Below are positions 20,109 through 29,843 of a DNA stretch of 64,000 bases, in pieces. The DNA comes from Sedimentisphaerales bacterium (lineage in GTDB: Bacteria; Planctomycetota; Phycisphaerae; Sedimentisphaerales; Anaerobacaceae), in the NCBI GenBank assembly GCA_040772485.1, contig JAXGYC010000007.1, forward strand, positions 896,001 through 960,000, read 5' to 3'. How positions within the stretch are numbered: the stretch's first letter is position 1; every line of letters begins with the position of its first letter. A program made the position numbers and the translations under genes. A model generated the notes under the pieces. It did not search any database, was not told the origin of the DNA, and was given only the letters and a program-made list of their open reading frames with translations.

Positions 20109-20338
20109 AGGATTACCCTCTTGACTTTGAAGTCCTTTCGGCCTACGGCATGCGCCTCGAACCAGTGTATCTCAGCCCGGCAGACCGTGCCTTCCGGTAG
20201 CCGCACGGTCGCAACACCTTTCATCTTCCGCCAATTGCCCCTGCCATAGGCACGATCCAGGTAGCGCCGGATATGTACGCCCCGGCCGATGGCGATTGTC
20301 TCCACGTCAGTAATATCGCCGAGAACTTCGACCTCCAT
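20105..20338 (-). CDS. Small basic conserved hypothetical protein (putative toxin)
   Basis: SD GAGGAG; WRKMKG...AEIHWFEAHAVGRKDFKVK. Confidence 0.75.
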   Translation of the reverse strand: MEVEVLGDITDVETIAIGRGVHIRRYLDRAYGRGNWRKMKGVATVRLPEGTVCRAEIHWFEAHAVGRKDFKVKRVIL

Positions 20339-20546
20339 CCCCGCTCCTCACGAATCGCTTGAAAACGCGCATTTCGATCCGCACGCAAACAGCATAGCAC
20401 AACATGCGGTCCAGATCAAGAGTAACAGGGCAAGAACCAGCGGTCGCAGTGGGTGTCCGATGTGGCCCTCAACTCGCTTGCCCAGATAGGATTCATGGCG
20501 CGGGGCGGACGTCAAGAACAGGAACCCACTTCGTTTTGTCCCGAGA

Positions 20547-20572
20547 TAGACTAAAATGGCGGGTGGGGGCGT
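20547..20572 (+). promoter_or_regulatory. Putative ECF promoter TAGACTAA-N15-CGT
   Basis: Second copy of the motif. Confidence 0.7.
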
Positions 20573-20620
20573 TTCTATGGGTGACAGCCGGTTGTTTGGG
20601 TTTGAGAAGCTCGGGTGCAG

Positions 20621-21160
20621 ATGATCGAGGATCGACTTTTAGTCTGGCGGTTCAATCGTGGGGATACGGCGGCGCTTTGCCGCATCTACGAGAAGTACCG
20701 CGACGGCCTGCTGAGGGTGGCGACGGCCCTGCTCGGCGACAAGAGCACAGTCGAGGACGTGCTGCACGATGTATTCGTGGAGTTCGCTCAGAGCACCGGG
20801 CGCTTTCAGCTCAGGGGCAGTCTCAAGGGGTATCTGGCCATCTGTGTGGCCAATCGCGCTCGCGACCGGAATCGAGCGATGCGCCGACGATCCGCCCTGC
20901 TGGGGGCCGAGCCAAATCCGCCGGACACAGCCAGTCCGGACGACGTGGCGGTGACACACGAACTGACGGAGAAGATGGGCGAAGCTATGGCGCAGTTGCC
21001 CGACGAGCAGCGGGAGATCATCGTGCTGCACCTGCAAAGCAAGATGCGATTCCGCGAGATTGCCCGGCTTCAGGGCATTTCCGTGAACACGGCCCAGAGC
21101 CGGTACCGGTATGGCCTGGACAAACTGCGTTCGAGCCTCAATGGGCAAGTGCAATCATGA
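20621..21160 (+). CDS. ECF sigma factor (module 2)
   Basis: EDVLHDVF; SVNTAQSRYRYGLDKLR. Confidence 0.93.
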   Translation: MIEDRLLVWRFNRGDTAALCRIYEKYRDGLLRVATALLGDKSTVEDVLHDVFVEFAQSTGRFQLRGSLKGYLAICVANRARDRNRAMRRRSALLGAEPNPPDTASPDDVAVTHELTEKMGEAMAQLPDEQREIIVLHLQSKMRFREIARLQGISVNTAQSRYRYGLDKLRSSLNGQVQS

Positions 21161-22404
21161 GTGATTCGAGAAAGACAGAGCGTCTCGTCAACGCCTATCT
21201 GGCGAACCTGCCGACGCCCGACGGCGCCGAGGTCGACGGCAAGGTCCTCGCCAAGGCGCTGACGGCGATGCGACGAACCAGGAACCAACAAGCGGCCGAG
21301 ACAAGCCGCATCACGTGGAGAACAATCATGACGAGCAAGGCAGGTAAATTGGCCGCCGCGGCGGTGATTGTCGCAGCCGTGCTGTTCCTCACCGTCTTCG
21401 ACGGATTGACCCGCCCGGCCTGGGCGCTGGAGGACGCCATCGAGGCCCTCAAGGACTTCCGCGCCGTCTATCTGGTCGGCGCCTTCCCCGGTGGCACCGC
21501 CGAGGTATGGATGCGAGCGAACCAGACCCGGACGCAATCGACCGACGTCGTCGTCAAAGGCAGTCACGGCGCGATCACCTGGACGCAGGACGGTTCGACC
21601 TACCACTACGAGCCGAGCCAGAGCATCGTCTATCACGAGAACGCCCTGACGATCGGCATGGCGCAGTGGCTCGGGCCGGGACTTCTGGAGATGCTCAGCG
21701 CAGCCGAGAACAGCCAGGTCGTACGCGGCAAGGACCCCGCCACCGGGCGGGATCGCGTGATGCTGATGTGCAGCCTGATCGACGTGCACGGGGCGCAGTC
21801 GTGGATCATCGAGTTCGACGCGGCCAGCAAGCTGCCTGTGGCCATGAAGCAGTGGCCAAACCTGGACCGCAGCGGTCCTCCGGCGTTTGACGCATTCAAG
21901 ATCATCTACTACGAGGACCTGCCCGACAGCGTGTTCGACGTCCGCATCGCGCCTCAAGCCAAGCATGTCGAGAAGCCGCTGACGATTCCCGAGGAAGCCG
22001 CAGGCATCTTGAGCGACCCCCACGACGGGATCTCCGCTGAAGGCGTGGCGCAGCAGGAAGCAGCCGAGAAGGTCGTGCGGGCCCTCTATCAGGCCGTCAT
22101 CAATCAGGACCTGGACGCCCTCAAGACCATCAGTCCGTTGTGCCGGAACTGGGGCGACGAGTTTTTGCGGAAGATGGTCTTCAAGCCGGACAGGGACGAC
22201 CGCATCGTCGAGATCGTCGGGGTCGGCCCGATCTGCCGGACGGGCCAGTCCAAGCTCGGGCCCATCGTCGCCGTGCCGACCACCGTCCGGCTCAAAAACG
22301 GCAAGAAGGTCGAAGAGAAGATGATTGTCCAGTTCCGCACCCTCGGCGGCCAATCCTCCTGCGTCGTCCACGGCCCCTACGGCCTGCCCCGCCTGGTGGA
22401 GTAG
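21157..22404 (+). CDS. Putative anti-sigma factor, paralogue of 18535-19752
   Basis: ATGA overlap; KLAAAAVIV TM helix; FDAASKLP...YYEDLPDSVF. Confidence 0.7.
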   Translation: MSDSRKTERLVNAYLANLPTPDGAEVDGKVLAKALTAMRRTRNQQAAETSRITWRTIMTSKAGKLAAAAVIVAAVLFLTVFDGLTRPAWALEDAIEALKDFRAVYLVGAFPGGTAEVWMRANQTRTQSTDVVVKGSHGAITWTQDGSTYHYEPSQSIVYHENALTIGMAQWLGPGLLEMLSAAENSQVVRGKDPATGRDRVMLMCSLIDVHGAQSWIIEFDAASKLPVAMKQWPNLDRSGPPAFDAFKIIYYEDLPDSVFDVRIAPQAKHVEKPLTIPEEAAGILSDPHDGISAEGVAQQEAAEKVVRALYQAVINQDLDALKTISPLCRNWGDEFLRKMVFKPDRDDRIVEIVGVGPICRTGQSKLGPIVAVPTTVRLKNGKKVEEKMIVQFRTLGGQSSCVVHGPYGLPRLVE

Positions 22405-22735
22405 ACCAGACGCGTGCGCCGACTGCGAGCCGATCGGGAAAGTGACCGTCTCGTATATGAATCATCTGAGCGACCCCGGGACATTGGTCGAGGTGTTCTG
22501 CACTGTCGAGACCAAGGACGCTGCGAAGCAGTGCCTGCTGAACGTAACCATCCAGGCGACGTCCGCCGGCAGAATGCGCGTGGTGGCTGGTGCAATCGGC
22601 CCGGAATTCTGCGACATCGATTAGACCACGTTGTGTGACATCCCATGGCCGTCGGGGTCTGCCCGGCGGCCTTTTTCACGCGCCCCCCGACGTGCCACGT
22701 CGCACCGAGGCATGGAAAGAAAGATCTGATCGGCG

Positions 22736-22761
22736 TAGACTAATCGGGACTCGCCATTCGT
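22736..22761 (+). promoter_or_regulatory. Putative ECF promoter TAGACTAA-N15-CGT
   Basis: Third copy of the motif. Confidence 0.7.
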
Positions 22762-22809
22762 GATAGCGACGAAGAGTGGCCATTCTGCAACGGTCCGAAA
22801 CGGGTATCG

Positions 22810-23349
22810 ATGGAAGACAGATTGCTGATCCTGGCGTTCAGGGGCGGCAGCACAGAGGCGCTGTGCCGCATTTACAGGAAGTACGAGCAGGCGATGCTCA
22901 GCGTGGCCACCGGTCTGCTGACCGACGTGGGCGCGGCCGAGGACGTCGTGCACGACGTGTTCGTGACGCTGGCCCAGTCGCCCGAGAAGCTGGGGCTGGC
23001 CGGCAGCCTGCGGGCCTACCTGACCACGTGCGTGGCCAACCTCGCCCGCGATCGGCTCCGCCGCCGCAAGCGACACGCCAGGACACTGGAGAATCATCAG
23101 CCCGACGAGATCGACGGATCGGCCCCGCTATCGGAAACGCTGCGCGACGAACAGGTCCGGCAGTTGGCCAAGGCTCTGGAGCAGTTGCCCTACGAGCAAC
23201 GTGAAGTCGTGGTCCTGCATCTGCGTGGCGGATTGCCCTTTCGGGCGATCGCCAGGAGGCAGGGCGTTTCGATCAATACCGCGCAGAGTCGGTATCGATA
23301 CGGGATCGACAAGCTGCGGGCGATGCTAAATGGTGAGGTCGACACATGA
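22810..23349 (+). CDS. ECF sigma factor (module 3)
   Basis: EDVVHDVF; SINTAQSRYRYGIDKLR. Confidence 0.93.
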   Translation: MEDRLLILAFRGGSTEALCRIYRKYEQAMLSVATGLLTDVGAAEDVVHDVFVTLAQSPEKLGLAGSLRAYLTTCVANLARDRLRRRKRHARTLENHQPDEIDGSAPLSETLRDEQVRQLAKALEQLPYEQREVVVLHLRGGLPFRAIARRQGVSINTAQSRYRYGIDKLRAMLNGEVDT

Positions 23350-25820
23350 AATCAAAACGAGAGATAGAGCAGGCCGTGCGCGAGCTGAATGCCCAACCCC
23401 GAGCCGAGGCGCATGACCGGACGCTCCGCGACCTGATCGAGACCCACGTCGCCGGTCGAGGCCAGCGATCACGATCTGCGATGTGGCTCGGTCTCGTACC
23501 GCCACCGGTCCGACGTCTGGCCGCAGCGGGAATCGTCATCGCAGTGATGATCGCCCTGGTCTGTTTCCAACGTTTCGGCGCGCCGGCCTATGCTATCGAG
23601 CAGACCGTCGCCGCCCTGCAGGCCACTTCGGTCGTGCACATCGTCGGTCGCGACTGGGACGATAAACGGATCGATATCTGGAGCAAAGTCAATCCCGACA
23701 CGGGCATGGTCGATCACTGGCACATCCGCCGGATCGACGATGGCTTCGTGACCGTCTCGACGCCGCAGAACACGTTCTCGTACGATGAGAGAAACAACAC
23801 GGTCCGCATCTCGGATGGGCCCAGCGTCGCCTCGGTGTTTCGCCTGGGTGAGTTCTTCGAGGGAATGGACCAGTTGGCGAGAGAATTCGAGGGCAAGGTG
23901 ACGTACTGCGAGGTCACCGATCCGGCCACGGGGAGGAAGCTTCTGGAACTGACGATGAACGCCCCGCGATTGGAGTTGCGGTCGTTGATTGATCCCAAGA
24001 CGAAACTGCCGGTCAGCATCGATGTCATCCGCGGTGAACGGCCGAGTTCGTACGACACCCTCAAGCACGCCACGCAGATCAGCTATGACGACCAGCCGCC
24101 GCAGGACGTTTTTGCCTTCACGATCCCCGCCGGTGCGAACGTGGAGGCCGCGACTCTCCAGGACCCGCTGCAGGATCTGCCTCTGAGCGTTTTGCGGCGG
24201 TGTGCCTCACTCCACGACCAGTCGCTCAAAGAGGCGAGCGACCTCGGAGGCCTTCCGGTCAACACCCAGATCCACTTCGTGGACGACCGTTTCGATCTGC
24301 GCAAGGGTGGCTTCCTCGCGATCCACAACGATTCGAATGACATCTGGACGGGCGAGGTGAGCGTGGCCAACTTCGACTACGCCAACATGGCTCTCTTCGA
24401 AGCAGCCAGTCTGGAGAAACAGCAGATTCGCCTCGTCCAGCAGCGGCAGGTCTCTCCCGGACGGTTCCATCTGTACTGGAAGCTCAAATCGCCTTTGCAG
24501 CGCGGCGAAACCCGATACGCTCTGTGGTGGGTCTGCGATCCGGAGAGATTGGGGGAAGGCCCTGACGGCGCGGGGTGGATCGTGCGATTGAGCAATTGCC
24601 TTGGATGCGAAGGCCTCGAGAATTTCATTCTCGTCACGCCCGACGACATGGCGGTTTCCGACGGTTCCAGGCCGTGCCAGTCACAAGAGACATCCGGCAA
24701 CTACAGCATCCGCACGTGGACCCGGCATCTCCCCAAGGAGCCCGTGGAAAACACGGTGGACGTGTCCGTGTCGCACTCGGGGGCTGATTACTCCGCCGAG
24801 TACATCGAACAGAATCGAGGCCGGGTGCTCGTGGAAATCCCCGAGACATTCGAACTGGCCAACATCGCCATTGCAATTTCCGAGGCCGGGCTGAACGAGG
24901 AGTATCGTGTCAACAAGCGGGGCGCTTACTACAAGCGGGTACTGGAGCATTTTCTGCCGTTCAAGGACCATCCGCTCATTGCCCAATCCGATCTGACGCG
25001 TAACTACGGCTACTACTTCCGCGACAACAGCATCTGCTATCGGTTCGAAGGCGACCGGATCGTCCATGCGGGCCAGTACTTCAACGTCCGACGGCCCGAT
25101 CTGTTCAAGGCGCAGCTTGCCCGGCTGGAGGATTTCGCCCGTGTCAGCGGCTTCAGGCAATTCTATCGCGACAACCTGTCCTACTACGAACAGCAAATCG
25201 AGCTGTATCGCCGAAAGGTCCCGGTCCGGCAGATGTGGACCTGGCTTGAAGAGAGGTTCCCGACTCGGCACGATTGCTACAAGGTCGTGTTCTCACCTCT
25301 GTTGGGCGCCTCGCACGAGACCTGTGGCTTCACCGATCAGGGATTCAGCGAGACCATTATGTTCGTCAGTGGCCCAGGCGAATCGACCGACACGTCCGAC
25401 CCGATCGAGGAAGGGTGCCTGTCCCGCGTGGTGTTCACCGAGATCGACCACAACTACGTCAATCGCATTACAGGAGATCGTCTCAAACGTGTCAATGAGG
25501 TGTTCGCCGACCTGGACCGGTGGAACCGGCAGGACAACTACCGGTCGGCCGAGCAGACCTTCAACGAGTACATGACGTGGGCGGTGTTTGTGCTGTACGC
25601 CTATGACACCTATCACGTCAAGGACGCCGAGACCATCATTGAACGCAGCACGACAAGCACGATGGTTCGCTTCCGCAAATTCGTAAGATTCACCGAGTTC
25701 GCCGAACAGTTGTTGCGTTTGTACCGCGATCAAGGCGACGGGCAGACCATCCCCGGTCTCTACCCGGCTATCCTGGATTGGGCCGAAGAGCAGGCTCGGG
25801 CTACCTCGGCAAGCAAGTGA
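23346..25820 (+). CDS. Putative anti-sigma factor with LolA-like domain and C-terminal DUF4932-like domain
   Basis: ATGA overlap; TM helix; IDPKTKLP; EIPETFELANI, VFTEIDHNYVN and FNEYMTW. Confidence 0.7.
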   Translation: MKSKREIEQAVRELNAQPRAEAHDRTLRDLIETHVAGRGQRSRSAMWLGLVPPPVRRLAAAGIVIAVMIALVCFQRFGAPAYAIEQTVAALQATSVVHIVGRDWDDKRIDIWSKVNPDTGMVDHWHIRRIDDGFVTVSTPQNTFSYDERNNTVRISDGPSVASVFRLGEFFEGMDQLAREFEGKVTYCEVTDPATGRKLLELTMNAPRLELRSLIDPKTKLPVSIDVIRGERPSSYDTLKHATQISYDDQPPQDVFAFTIPAGANVEAATLQDPLQDLPLSVLRRCASLHDQSLKEASDLGGLPVNTQIHFVDDRFDLRKGGFLAIHNDSNDIWTGEVSVANFDYANMALFEAASLEKQQIRLVQQRQVSPGRFHLYWKLKSPLQRGETRYALWWVCDPERLGEGPDGAGWIVRLSNCLGCEGLENFILVTPDDMAVSDGSRPCQSQETSGNYSIRTWTRHLPKEPVENTVDVSVSHSGADYSAEYIEQNRGRVLVEIPETFELANIAIAISEAGLNEEYRVNKRGAYYKRVLEHFLPFKDHPLIAQSDLTRNYGYYFRDNSICYRFEGDRIVHAGQYFNVRRPDLFKAQLARLEDFARVSGFRQFYRDNLSYYEQQIELYRRKVPVRQMWTWLEERFPTRHDCYKVVFSPLLGASHETCGFTDQGFSETIMFVSGPGESTDTSDPIEEGCLSRVVFTEIDHNYVNRITGDRLKRVNEVFADLDRWNRQDNYRSAEQTFNEYMTWAVFVLYAYDTYHVKDAETIIERSTTSTMVRFRKFVRFTEFAEQLLRLYRDQGDGQTIPGLYPAILDWAEEQARATSASK

Positions 25821-25837
25821 CATGAGTATCAGTGCGC

Positions 25838-25870
25838 GTAGGCCGCGGGTGGTTTGGACCCGCGGCCTAC
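25838..25870. repeat. GTAG-ended perfect 13-bp hairpin between convergent genes (REP or terminator)
   Basis: GTAGGCCGCGGGT-N7-ACCCGCGGCCTAC. Confidence 0.7.
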
Positions 25871-25961
25871 AGACACTTGCGATTCCCCCCTGGGCTGCGG
25901 CTAAGCCCCCCTGGCCGCAGTCGCGTGTAGTTGCCTCGGCGAGATTTCGTGTCGGGTGCAA

Positions 25962-26234
25962 TCAGCCCTTGGACTTGGCCTGGGCTTCGTCGATCTTCTC
26001 GCGGATCATCTCAGCGGCCTTCGTCGCAGCTTCCTTTCCGAACGCGATCGCTTTGTGCATCCCCGAGTTGACCGACTGGGTGAATTCTTCCGATCTGAGT
26101 TTGGCCAGAATGCCACCCTTGCCATCGAGTTGCCCCGGAGCCGAATCGGGAGCCGGCGAGAGGCAGTAGATGGCGGTCGCAAAACCGGCGCCGTAGACTA
26201 TCAGCAGCAAGACGAATTTTGATCTCCAACCCAA
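25962..26234 (-). CDS. Small membrane-anchored hypothetical protein
   Basis: TTG start after a purine-rich SD; N-terminal hydrophobic helix. Confidence 0.6.
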   Translation of the reverse strand: MGWRSKFVLLLIVYGAGFATAIYCLSPAPDSAPGQLDGKGGILAKLRSEEFTQSVNSGMHKAIAFGKEAATKAAEMIREKIDEAQAKSKG

Positions 26235-26389
26235 TGGAGTCCCCCCTTCTTTACTGGATTTACCCGTGCCAGTCCCGGCCTTGTTGCGTGCATCCGTCTC
26301 TACGTAAATACTCCGATATAAAGCGGGAGATGCAAATGGAAAAACGCTCATCGAGGGGGCCGGTAATCCCGGCGGCATCAGCGTAGGAA

Positions 26390-27517
26390 TCAGCGAAGAG
26401 CGGTGTCGAGGATGCCCCGAAGGACGCCGCAGACAAAGGCCACGTCGTCCTCGGTCAGATGGGCGTGAAAAGGCAGGGCCACCGTGCGTCGAGCAGTGCG
26501 TTCACAGACGGGGAAATCGCCCGGACCGTGTCCGTACCGCTCGGCGATGAACGGCTGCAGATGGATCGGGGGAAAGTAGTTGCCGACCTGGATCTTCTGG
26601 CGGCGCATCTCTTCGAGCAGACGGTCGCGATGCTCGCATCCGACCGAATCCGCCAAACGAACCACGAAAACGAACCAGCTTGTGTCCCCGCCGGGCGGCG
26701 CTGCCGGCACGATGAGCCGGACCTCGTCGGCCAGCATCTCCTGGTACCACCGGGCCACGCGGCTGCGTCTGGCCTTGATCTCGTCGATCCGCGCCAGTTG
26801 CGCCAGGCCCAGCGCGCAGTTGATGTCACTGAGCCGGAAATTGTAACCCAGGCGCTCGTGGAGCAGCCACTGATCGCCGCTGCTGCGTCCCTGGTTGCGA
26901 AGGGAAACGCACAGGTCCGCCAGGGCCTCGTCGTCGGTCAGGATGGCCCCGCCCTCGCCCGTGGTGATCTGCTTGTTCGGATAGAAGCCGAAGACGCTCA
27001 GCTTGCCGAACGTCCCGGCCTTTTTGCCGTTCAGGGCTGATCCGAGGGCTTCGCAACTGTCCTCGACAACCGGCAGGTGATTCCGCTCGGCGATCCGGCA
27101 TATGTCGTCGAATCCGGCGGGATTTCCGAACACCTCTACGGGAAGAATCGCTCGCGTACGCGGCGTGATCGCCGCTTCGATCCTGTCCGGACAGAGGTTC
27201 AGGCTCACCGGGTCGATGTCGACGAACACCGGCCTGGCGCCCGTCATCATGATCGACGTCGTCGAAGCGACGAACGAGAACGGCGTCGTGATCACTTCAT
27301 CGCCCTGACCGATCCCCAGGGCCAGCAGGCTCAGGAACAGCCCGCTGGTGCCGCTGTTGACCGCCACCGCCCGGCGACGGCCAAGATAGCGCGCCAGGGC
27401 CTGTTCGAACTCGGTCAGCCTGGGCCCCAGCGACAGGTTCGGGCCACGAAGCACCTCAACCACACTGGCGATCTCTTTGTCGGTGATGTCGGGTCGGGAT
27501 AAGAAAATCCGCATCAT
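26390..27517 (-). CDS. DegT/DnrJ/EryC1/StrS aminotransferase
   Basis: VNSGTSGL, EDSCEALG, FYPNKQITTGEGG and GYNFRLSD. Confidence 0.95.
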   Translation of the reverse strand: MMRIFLSRPDITDKEIASVVEVLRGPNLSLGPRLTEFEQALARYLGRRRAVAVNSGTSGLFLSLLALGIGQGDEVITTPFSFVASTTSIMMTGARPVFVDIDPVSLNLCPDRIEAAITPRTRAILPVEVFGNPAGFDDICRIAERNHLPVVEDSCEALGSALNGKKAGTFGKLSVFGFYPNKQITTGEGGAILTDDEALADLCVSLRNQGRSSGDQWLLHERLGYNFRLSDINCALGLAQLARIDEIKARRSRVARWYQEMLADEVRLIVPAAPPGGDTSWFVFVVRLADSVGCEHRDRLLEEMRRQKIQVGNYFPPIHLQPFIAERYGHGPGDFPVCERTARRTVALPFHAHLTEDDVAFVCGVLRGILDTALR

Positions 27518-27761
27518 GCACTCCTGCGCCGTGGCGCCGGTCCATCGTGACAGGGCATTCTAATCTCGCCACGCGCCGAATCCAACGCAATTCCCGCCCC
27601 ACCGATCGAGGAGGGACCGCCGGCCGCTTATAGGACCATCGGGCGATGGAATCGACGATAGCAGCGTGGCGGCGCGGGTTTGTTGGCTCTCGGTTAAATC
27701 CCGCTCCCGCACGGACCGAAGAGGACAGCGGCACAAGGACCTTGTTTCAGGAATCGCAACG

Positions 27762-28340
27762 ATGGCTAAAGGCAAGAACGTGCTGACGACCGGAGACGTG
27801 GCGAAGATCTGCAACGTCGCGCCGCGAACGGTTTCCAAGTGGTTCGACTCCGGGCAGCTCAAGGGCTACCGCATCCCCGGCAGCAAGGATCGCCGCATCC
27901 CGCTGAACGAGCTGGTCCGCTTCATGAAGGCCCACAACATGCCGACCGAGGCGCTGTCTGTCGGCAAGCTCAGGGTCCTGGTCATCGACAGCGACGCCAA
28001 CAACAAGGCGGTGATCGTCAACGGCCTCAAGGCCCGGGACAGTTACGAGGTCCAGGCCGCGGGCACCAGCTTCGAAACGGGGGCGGCCATCCAACGATTC
28101 GCGCCCCACGTGGTCCTGATCAACCTGCTGGCGAACGGCATCGACGCCGGCGGCATCTGCCGGAGCATTCGCGAGAACGAGGAGTACGCCACGATCAAGC
28201 TGATCGCCCTGGCCAACCACCTCAGTCAGCCGGAGGCAACCGCGCTGATCCAGAAGGGCTTCGACGGTTACGTCTCCAACCCCTCCGATGGAACCGAAGT
28301 GATTCGCAAGATCGAGGAAGTCACTGCGATCATCTACTGA
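27762..28340 (+). CDS. Excisionase-type HTH plus receiver-like domain regulator
   Basis: LTTGDVAKICNVAPRTVSKWFDSG...RIPGSKDRRIP; degenerate receiver domain. Confidence 0.85.
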   Translation: MAKGKNVLTTGDVAKICNVAPRTVSKWFDSGQLKGYRIPGSKDRRIPLNELVRFMKAHNMPTEALSVGKLRVLVIDSDANNKAVIVNGLKARDSYEVQAAGTSFETGAAIQRFAPHVVLINLLANGIDAGGICRSIRENEEYATIKLIALANHLSQPEATALIQKGFDGYVSNPSDGTEVIRKIEEVTAIIY

Positions 28341-28349
28341 CACCGGCGG

Positions 28350-29144
28350 TCAGTATTCCTTGTACTTGCTCAGCCAGGCCGGCCACTCGGATGGCGTCAT
28401 CCCCCCGGCCCGGGTATACGGCCCGTTCACGTCGAAGGCCTTGTGCCACTTCAGCGTCCAAAGCTCCTTGAGTCCCACGTGGCGGACCGACCAGTCCATG
28501 AACAGGAAGTTCGTCCAACCGTTATGCCGGTCGATGCAGAAATGGTTGATCTCGCCGGTCGTGCCGGTGTCGCCGCCGCCGAAATCCCACGGCAGTTGGA
28601 TGGGGGCGTCCGTGTCACGCGGCCAGGCATCGTGCCAGGTCGAATCGGCAAACACGGGAATGTTGTACTGGCCGGTGTGCGCCGTCGTCTTCCAGAACCA
28701 TTCCAGCTTCCGGTCGCCGCGATCTCCGGTCATGTGATTGGTCCAACTGTTGATCCCGTAGCTGAACGCATAGTATTGCGATCCCCCGCCGGGCGTGGCC
28801 AGCGTTCGCGTCATGGCCATGAAGGTGCCTTCCCGACCTTGCTCATCGATCCGCGTCGCCGTCGGGCACAACAGCATCTCCCAATCGTCTCGGTAGTAGG
28901 GACGCAGGGCATTGGGCCACAGCGTCGCCTCACCGACCCCCCAGCCGGGATTGAACTTCCCGTCGTATTCGTCGGTGTAGAACTTGAACATCAGGCCCCA
29001 GCTCTTGAGCCGGGCCATGCAGGCGACGGATTGGGCCTGCTTCTTCACCCTCGACAAGGCCGGCATGAGAATCGCCATCAGCAGGGCAATAATTGCGATC
29101 ACCACCAGTAGCTCGATCAGCGTGAATCCCCTGCGTTTGTGCAT
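28350..29144 (-). CDS. Prepilin-type N-terminal cleavage/methylation domain protein
   Basis: GFTLIELLVVIAIIALL; C-terminal RHNGWTNFLFMDWSV (H-X9-DG-like). Confidence 0.9.
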   Translation of the reverse strand: MHKRRGFTLIELLVVIAIIALLMAILMPALSRVKKQAQSVACMARLKSWGLMFKFYTDEYDGKFNPGWGVGEATLWPNALRPYYRDDWEMLLCPTATRIDEQGREGTFMAMTRTLATPGGGSQYYAFSYGINSWTNHMTGDRGDRKLEWFWKTTAHTGQYNIPVFADSTWHDAWPRDTDAPIQLPWDFGGGDTGTTGEINHFCIDRHNGWTNFLFMDWSVRHVGLKELWTLKWHKAFDVNGPYTRAGGMTPSEWPAWLSKYKEY

Positions 29145-29255
29145 GCCATGCCCCTTCCAAAAAGCGAGCCCAATCCCCCTGACAACGCAACCTCAATTCT
29201 ACCAACCCCGGCATCAGAAAGCAACACCCAACCGGCCTCCTGCCCCCAGCCGGAT

Positions 29256-29801
29256 TCATTTGCGCTGTTCTTTGAGCATGTAGGCCTGAAGGCGGATCAG
29301 CGTCTTGCCGCTAACCGTCCGGGCCGACAGATCGCCCAGGATCACTCCGTACCGGTCTTCATCGAGCTTCCAGTGCATCAGGACTACGTGCGGGTTGTTG
29401 AGATTCGCCCGATCACCGTAGTAGACCACCTCCCGGCCCTCGGCCAGTAGGCTGTCGCGCATGTTCTGGAGCCCCTCCAGGACCTCGGTTCGATAGGCGC
29501 CTTCTCCGGCGAACGTGTACTTGAGAAAGGTCTTTCCATCCTGGTACGTCCGCCTGCTGAGGGCCTCGCGGCCGCCGAAGATGCCTCCGGCGATGACCAG
29601 GGCAATCAGAATGGCGGCGGCGGCGGCAATCCGGCTGATCCGCAGGTCCACGATGATGTTGACCGTGTCCATCCGGTGGGCGATCAGTCGGTGAGGGATG
29701 CGGTTCTTGAGCTCCTGGAGCAGGCCGGGACGGACCGGCTCCAGCCCCCGCTTCGGGAATGCCCTGAGCAACTCCTCGATTCGCTCTTTGTCCGTTGTCA
29801 T
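29256..29801 (-). CDS. Putative anti-sigma membrane protein
   Basis: Directly downstream of an ECF gene; RIAAAAAILI TM helix. Confidence 0.6.
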   Translation of the reverse strand: MTTDKERIEELLRAFPKRGLEPVRPGLLQELKNRIPHRLIAHRMDTVNIIVDLRISRIAAAAAILIALVIAGGIFGGREALSRRTYQDGKTFLKYTFAGEGAYRTEVLEGLQNMRDSLLAEGREVVYYGDRANLNNPHVVLMHWKLDEDRYGVILGDLSARTVSGKTLIRLQAYMLKEQRK

Positions 29802-29843
29802 ATGCTGCCCTGCCACGGCCTCGGATGCGTGCGGTTCTCGGCC

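Noticed and set aside
20404..21156. Long N-terminal ORF extensions (also at 2417, 6237, 46847 and 60431)
   Set aside because: They overlap real genes or repeats; better starts with an SD or ATGA coupling lie downstream.
22442..22624. Short ORF after ECF module 2
   Set aside because: No clear SD and no recognisable family.
19780..25840. TGAGTATCAG downstream of anti-sigma genes 1 and 3
   Set aside because: A 10-bp match in only two of three modules could be chance.
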